Positions 56,570-64,000 of a stretch of DNA of 64,000 nucleotides are shown here, one piece after another (position 1 is the first letter of the stretch; the number at the start of each line of letters is the position of its first letter). The translations under genes were made by a program, and so were the position numbers. The stretch lies in assembly GCA_951406725.2 (NCBI GenBank), contig OX597829.1:11718001-11782000 (forward strand). Direction: 5' to 3'. The notes below the pieces were generated by a model. It was not told the origin of the DNA. It worked only from the letters and a program-made list of their open reading frames with translations, and made no database searches. The stretch comes from Octopus vulgaris (lineage: Eukaryota).

Positions 56570-58199
56570 ATACATGCACGCACAGATACACACACACATA
56601 CACACACATGTTCATGCAAGAAACAATAGCAAAACTCCCACCGAAGCACTGTTTATCGTTAGCTGTGATAAAGATCTATATGTAAAAGCATTTCAAACCA
56701 TAACTCTACCAGGTGGGGCACATATGGGGCTAAAAAACGAAATACTTACATATACAAGAATATTTTTATATGTCCATGCCAAAAAAATAATTGATGGTTA
56801 GGGATATCTTAATCTTCAGACATCCTTCTTGTAGGAGGTAGCACGTTGATCTGTCAATTATATTAAGAAGTTTTCTATTGTTCTCATGTTCTGAGTTTGA
56901 GCATACATATAGGTAAGGAATGATGTCATAGTAAAATGAGGCTCAAAGAGAAAATAGCTCTTATTAAAACTAAAAAGAAGACAAAATATGTAAAACAATG
57001 TTGCAAAATATATCATCATTTGTAATAAATATTTTACTTAGAATCTCGCAGAAACTAAAAAGAAAAAAGCTTAAAAATTACATTTTAAATTCAAACAAAG
57101 CAAAATATGTTTTCAGACAGTTCGGCACATTTTCACAACAGATAGACAGAAGACATTTCAAACAATATACATACGATTAAAGCATCAGAAAAACAATATA
57201 CTATAGTTACCCTTTCTTTTTCTTTTTTTTTTCCTTTTTCATTTTTTTTTTTTTTTTTTGTCAGCACAGAAATTGAATACAACGTAGTAACACAAAAAAG
57301 GAAAATCTTGAAATTGTTTCGCTAATGACCAGAATTTTTTTTTAAATGGAGAAAATGATTCTGAAAATATCTATTGATCACATACTCCCTGTTTGTTTCT
57401 TGGGATTGTGTAGCTAATTCTGTTGCCTTGGTCATGCGGTTTTGCAGCCTTCAAACTTTTGCGCGGTTTGAGTTTTTCGTTGGCGTTTGTCAGGCAACTG
57501 TCGACAGCACTTGTTCAAGATCTAAATTACATTGAAATAGCTACATACTAATGAATTACTATAGATACCTATCAAGCATGGGAATACGTGGGTTTTGTAA
57601 GACATGATATAATAGTCAGAGAATTTTGTAAGGAGTGTTTTGTTAAAAAGAAAGAGCAACTAGGAAGATATTAACGAACGGCTCACCCATACCTACCCCC
57701 GGCAAGGAATGAAGTGAACAGGAAATTTTCTGGGATATAGGTTGCCTGTTTGTTTAGTTTTGTCGTCTGACTATCCCACATTCTTATTAATTCTGCTTGT
57801 AAAGAACATATAGCCTTGTCCAAAATCAACTACTCAGACAAGTCAATAAATAAAGAGCAAAAGTTCCAACAGGTTTGACAGGCCGTGCACCATACGTTAC
57901 ATCAACCTGAATTCATTGTGGGCAGAACCTGTTACCACCTACACGTTTCATTACTTCGAAGTTGTTTTTTTTTTCTTCTCTCACTCGTTTCTCAAATCTG
58001 CCAATACGTGTCATTGTGGAAGTAATATAACATTCTAAACACGAAGAGTTATCAACTTTTTGAACTACATTTTAACTTATTAAGACGTTATATAAAATAA
58101 ACTCTCAGTGAGAGTTGCCAAGTGTGGTTATTAATGAGTGAGTCTCCTCTTTCTTTTCTCTCTCCCCTCCCCTCTCCCTTCTCCCTATCTATCTATCTA

Positions 58200-58279
<80 letters not shown>

Positions 58280-58436
58280 AAGAGGTGAACCCATGGGTTG
58301 TGAGTTTGGCTGGCAGAGGTGGTCAGGATGCAGAGGTGGCCAGCGATATGAAGAAGGTGGATGCAGTTGGACTAAAAAATTGATAAACTGACAATGACTC
58401 CAGCGACGGGATAGTAATGGCGGTAGGTTCAAAAAT

Positions 58437-58900
58437 GTTATTGCAGGGCTTCTTTGTAGACAACGTTCCTGGTGTTGCCCAGATTACTACAAATGAAGAG
58501 ATTATGTGGACTGCCGACACGGGAGCATCCGACATGCTGTGTCAGATTTAGGCCAACTACTAGTAACGACTGTCCCTGTGCCTTGTTGATGCTCATTGCA
58601 AAGCATACTTTTACGGAAAATTGCCGTCGCATAAATTCAAATGACACAGCCGAAGGACTAAAGGCTCATGGGGCTTAATAACTTTGTTACGCCAGCAGAT
58701 GGTCCGCTCAGAATGGTTGTCGTTAGAATTAAGGTCCCAATACTTTTGACGATCAGACGCGTACCGTTGCATAGTTCTGGTGGTTCCACGTTTCTCAGCA
58801 GCATAACTGGAACACCAACCTTCAGTCTAAAGTCATGAGGTGGAAGTCCGGGAGGTAGTTGGCTGTTGAGGATTTCAATAGGTGTGCAAATTTTCAGCAC
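58437..58900 (-). mobile_element. Helitron PIF1 helicase C-terminal fragment
   Basis: LPPGLPPH..LKVGVPVMLLRN..LCNGTRL, FAMSINKAQGQSL, VGCSRVG and NVVYKEAL. Confidence 0.9.
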
Positions 58901-58984
58901 AATCCGACTACATTTACTAACAATTTTGCCTGCACAACTGCATGTGAGACAACGTCCGTCCTTTTCGCGAATATATATGCTATT

Positions 58985-59200
58985 CTAAGCAGAGATACCC
59001 GGCCTTACTCGGGATTAAAATAGTTTATTATTGTTTTACTTGTTTCGGTAATATAACCCGATTTCATTCGGGTCTACGCGGCCACATTTTAAAAGATGAG
59101 GAATTTTGCGCTAGAGGATACGCCTTTCAATTGAGCAAACTCAAAGATGCCATGCAAACTCGCCAGCACTTTTAACATAGGTGTACATAATTTTTCAACT
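58985..59200 (-). mobile_element. Helitron 3' end fragment
   Basis: ctaagcagagatacccggccttactcggg matches the terminus at 15516-15543. Confidence 0.65.
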
Positions 59201-59392
59201 CAATCCAACCAAATATGCACACATTATATATATACATACGAATTAAATATATATATGTACATATATACGCATGAAATATATATATATGTATATATATATA
59301 CGCATTATATATATATATGCATTATATATACATGTGTATACACATTATATATATACACACATATATATATAAATATAGATATATACACACAT

Positions 59393-59423
<31 letters not shown>

Positions 59424-59466
59424 TATATATATATATTATACATCATATATATATATATACACACAC

Positions 59467-59510
<44 letters not shown>

Positions 59511-59869
59511 TATAAATTAACACAAAAAATATCTGATTAATAATAGTTGTTATCATGATTGTGCGGTGGTGGTGGGCGATAATAATTCCCCGTTCTAAAA
59601 GAGCTATAGCGGGAATATTTAAAATTTCTCTCTATAGATACAGAGAGAGGGGGGGCGGTGGGAGAAAGAATGACAGGAAGACGGCGAAGGCGGAGAGGGA
59701 AAGAGTGAGAGTGGAAGCTTTCAAACGTTGTTATGGAGAGAAAATGAATGGAAGTGAGGAAGAGAGATATGGAGGAAGACAGGAGGATATCCGAAAGACT
59801 TGTCAAAGTCTGGGTTTTGTTGCCCTAATAACCACAGCTTTTGAGATGGAGATTTCTAACCTAGTCCAG

Positions 59870-60166
59870 TCGTTTTCTCGCCAGCAAATGAATACAAACT
59901 TCCTCTGTATTGATCACGAAAAGGCTTTCGATAGCATTGAGATGAACGCAGTGTTGGAATCTATGGAAATACAAGTTGCCGAGGCGCAATGCATCAAACT
60001 GTTCAAGAGATGCGAACTCTGGATGCACAACAGATATAGCTCTTCTATTCCCATAATAAAAGTTCCAATTGAGAAGGGTATCAAGCAAGGAGATACCATC
60101 TCTCCAAAGCTCTTTACCGGGCGTGAACAATTATCACGCCTCCGTTTCGCAAATGATATGGAATAG
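59870..60166 (+). mobile_element. RT fragment of a second RTE-like family
   Basis: IDHEKAFDSIE, KGIKQGDTISPKLFT and LRFAND. Confidence 0.8.
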
Positions 60167-62133
60167 TTGCAGGGTCAATGTACGAACATCTAGAAAATAA
60201 CGGAGTCCTGCCACATGAGCAGAAGAGTTGCAAGTGTAAGTGCAGAGGTAACCAAGGATCAACTCCTGATATACAAAACTGTACTTAGAGACTGCAAGAG
60301 GAGGAAATGTAACTTAGCCACGTCATGGATCGACTATCGTAAGGCGTACGATATGATCCCACATTCTTGGATTATGGAGTGTATGAAGCTATTTGGTATT
60401 GAATCGAATGTTGAGCGATTGCATGGAAAATGTATGGCGAATTGGAGGACGGAAGAAGCATACAGAAGTTTAGGGAGAGTAGAAATTAGGAGGGGCATCT
60501 TCCAAGGGAACTGCCTGTCACCACTGATATTTGTACTTTACTTGATACCACTAACTCTGATTCTGAGGAAATCGAAAGCTGAATATGTGTTCAAACGCCG
60601 CCAACAAAAAATCAACCATTTGGTATTCATGGATGACCTCAAATTTTATGGTAAAGATGAAGCCCAAGTCAGTTCCTTCGTTGATACGGTGTATACTTTC
60701 AGTGCTGATAACAGAATGGAGTTCGGACTGAGAAAGTGTGGAGTGCTGGTCTTGAAGAGAGGCAAAATCAAAATGTATGGACGAGCTAACGATATCGTCG
60801 GGAGAGGTTATGATGCAGATAGAAGAGACGGGCTATAAATACTTGAGGATTTTGGAAATGGATAAATTGATGGAGAAAAACATGACAGAAAAATTTAAGG
60901 TGTAGTACTTGCGCAGACTTAAGTCGAAATTAAACGGACGGAATAAGATTGAAGCCATCAACACCTGGGCAGTTTCACTCCTTAGATATGGAGCAGGGGT
61001 AATTGCATGGACAGTAGACGAACTAAACAGCTTAGAAAGAAAGAGAAGGAAATTGCGAACTAGATATGGGTCACTCTACCCAAAAAGTGACACAGACAGA
61101 CTGTATGTACAAAGAAAAAGAGGAAGAAGAGGACTTATTAGATGCGAACACAGCATTAGAGCAGAAGAAAACAACGTAGCATGGTATGTAAAAAATGCCA
61201 TAGAACTGCTATTGTTAGAAGTAAGAAGGTCAGGCTTGTGTAGGATGAAAGATTACGAAGATAGAGCACTATACAACAAATTGAAAACGAATCAGACTGA
61301 AAATAGGTGGGTAAAGAAAAGAATGCATGGACAATTTCATAGGAATGTTGAAGACAGAAAAAAGATGGCTGTGGATGACGAAAATGATTTGAAACCGGAA
61401 ACGGAGGCTGTAATCTGTGCTGCCCAAGAACAAGCACTAAGAACAAATTAAAATACAAAATAAACAACATAGCAGAAAGTGATATGTGCAGAATTTGTGG
61501 ACAAAATGGTGAAACCGTATGGAATATTACCAGTCAATGTACGCCATTAGCCCAGAAGGAATATAAGAGACGCTACAACAATATAGCCAGGCTTGTCCAT
61601 TGGACAATTTGCAACAAATAGGGACTTGACAGAGCAAAAAATTGGTACGACCATAAACCCGAAGACATCATCGAAAATGATAATGCAAAGATCCTGGGGG
61701 GTTTTATGATTCAGTGCGACCATCAGATAGACAATAGGGAGCCAGACATAGTCTTAATTGAGAAAGAAAGCAAACTATGCTGGATCATAGACATAACATG
61801 CCCAGCTGACAACAATGTATGCGATAAGGAAGAAAGAAAAGTCGATAGGTATGACAGGTTAGCTTGGGAAGTTAAGCAGCTATATTCGATGAAAAAGATG
61901 GTAGTAGTACCAACAACTGTCTAAGCCCTGCGAACAGTGAGTAAAAATCTTGAGAAGTACATGGTACAAATAGGGGCAGCAATAAGGGTGGAGCAATTGC
62001 AGAAAACAGCACTGCTTGAAACCGCTCGAATACTCTAGAAGGTACTCGAAAAATAACGGGTGTTACCTTAATTCACTTGTAGTGAACAGCTGACACCGTA
62101 ATACATCTCCAGCATTAGAAGCTGTGCAAAGCC
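60167..62133 (+). mobile_element. R4/Dong-like element, RT + CCHC + restriction-like endonuclease, ending at (AAT)n
   Basis: WIDYRKAYDMIPH, GIFQGNCLSP, HLVFMDDLK, INTWAVS, AAQEQAL, CRICG..ETVWNITSQC and PDIVL..IIDITCP. The 3' end abuts (aat)n. Confidence 0.92.
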
Positions 62134-62198
<65 letters not shown>

Positions 62199-62232
62199 TG
62201 ATGATGATGATATGATGATGATGGTGATGATG

Positions 62233-62313
<81 letters not shown>

Positions 62314-62348
62314 GTAATAATAATAATAATAATAATAGTAATAATAAT

Positions 62349-62379
<31 letters not shown>

Positions 62380-62516
62380 GTAATAATTATAATAATAGTA
62401 ATAATAATAATAGTAATAATAATAATGATAATAATAATAATAGTAATAATAATAATAATAATAATAGTAATAATAATAATAATAGTAATAATAGTAATAA
62501 TAGTAATAATAGTAAT

Positions 62517-62570
<54 letters not shown>
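62134..62570 (+). repeat. (AAT)n/(GAT)n microsatellite
   Basis: Directly visible. Confidence 0.97.
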
Positions 62571-62571
62571 G

Positions 62572-62760
62572 TCCTTTCTACTGGAGGCACCTGGCCTCAG
62601 ACTTGTGGGGTGGGGATTAGTCGATTATATCGACCCCAGTGTTTCACTGGTACTTAATTCATCGATCACGACATTATGAAAGGCAAAGTTGACATCGACG
62701 GAATTAGAGCTCAGAGCATAACGTCGGACGAAATTCTGCTAAGCATTTCGCCCGGCATAC

Positions 62761-62762
<2 letters not shown>
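62572..62762 (-). mobile_element. Meta-like SINE fragment, followed by (AAG)n to 62895
   Basis: The reverse complement matches the 32135 family (gccgggcgaaatgctta..ctttgcctttcat..attaagtaccag..ctggggtcgatataatcgact). Confidence 0.85.
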
Positions 62763-62791
<29 letters not shown>

Positions 62792-63739
62792 AAGAAGAAG
62801 AAGAAGAAGAAGAAGAAGAAGAAGAAGAAGAAGAAGAAGAAGAAGAAGAAGAAGAAGAAGAAGAAGAAGAAGAAGAAGAAGAAGAAGAAGAAGAATATGG
62901 ATAATAACAACATGGATGTGCTACACTGGGCTCCCCATTCAAAAACAAATCTAATCTAATAATATCAATGGAATTGGATAAAGGAATCTGTGGAATACTT
63001 GAAGAAAAAAAGAAATTTTACTGCCTTACAAAGCACAGTTTCGGCTATTCACGCGCGAAACACACACGCAAAATCAACACAGGAAAATTTGCAAATTATA
63101 AAAGAGAAATGGAACATGGCAGTACGTACATAAATTGAGTAATTACGCATACACTCGAATGTCTACACAATCATATATACATTTTGATACCCATAGGACT
63201 ACACATACATCTCAATGTTTACACAACTACGTGAAATTTACAGGACACACATTCACGCATATGAAAGCACGTGCACAAACGAAACAAAAACAAAAAAAAA
63301 TGTTTGAATTATCGAACTAACACAGAGAGAGTGAACAATTCATAGGTTTAAAAACACCGCAAAACACTATGCTCGAAGATAAATCTATCAACAAAAAATA
63401 CAGACGAATACAGATCTGTTAGCCTTAAGAAGCTTCGTTACGGGCAATGTTTACATGCTGAGAACTCGGTGACGATGTTGTCTCAAAAAATTAACCCTAA
63501 ACAGACAAATCCGTCCCCTAATGTCAACGTCGAAGCTCGTCATACCTCAATGATAACAAAGCAAAATGCAAACCAGATTGGTCGTCGACGGTATTACAAA
63601 GGCCACGGACTCGAATGATGAACCAGATTCGATACAAAAAATCAGCTACTGGTTCAAATCTTCCCGACACACAGGAGCTGGACGTACCCCACTACCGGAA
63701 TATTCCAAAAGATGACGCCCCCCCCCCCATGCTCGTCAT

Positions 63740-64000
63740 CAAATAACCAAAAGAAAAAGAATGAAAAATGGCCTAGGGAAGATAATAAAGAGGCTTTTAC
63801 GGCCTTCTACCATGCCATATATTTTCCCACAGATAAATCTAACACTGTACAAACATACTTAAACTGGAGACAGAAACGCCCTGAAGTAAGACCCTACATA
63901 GACAGTAACAAACTTGCCAACGTTAGAAGAAACATTATAAAAAAGAAATTGCTAACTGAAGTAGAGATTGGCCAAATTAAACAAATAGTAAGGAATAAAA
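63740..64000 (+). mobile_element. Probable N-terminal region of another R4/Dong-like ORF, running off the window
   Basis: TVQTYLNWRQKRPEVRPYIDSNKLANVRRNIIKKKLLTEVEIGQIK resembles the LAxQ/VRRxIxKxxxLxxxEIxxI N-terminal segment of R4-like ORFs. Confidence 0.55.

Overview
AT-rich, microsatellite-laden animal genomic DNA, most likely an octopus (inferred from the recurring SINE and RTE families, not verified by a search). No intact host protein-coding gene is visible. The window is a mosaic of decayed transposons: RTE, L1/Tx1, R4/Dong, CRE and Penelope retroelements, a Helitron with both termini, hAT, Tigger, mariner and maT DNA transposons, and many tRNA-derived SINEs. Most supplied ORFs are artefacts of simple repeats. 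Two things stand out. (1) The apparently featureless AT-rich DNA holds a series of type I hammerhead-ribozyme motifs from several different non-coding repeat families, often with inverted partial copies of themselves. These include a head-to-head pair of tRNA-headed, hammerhead-tailed SINEs inside one target-site duplication (42454-43108), and an inverted copy (54621) that starts 1 nt from a predicted self-cleavage site. (2) A 61 x 62-bp structured tandem array with a 21-unit higher-order duplication has grown inside the 3' UTR of an RTE LINE (3841-7624). All alignments and RNA folds were done by eye, and boundaries of decayed elements are approximate.
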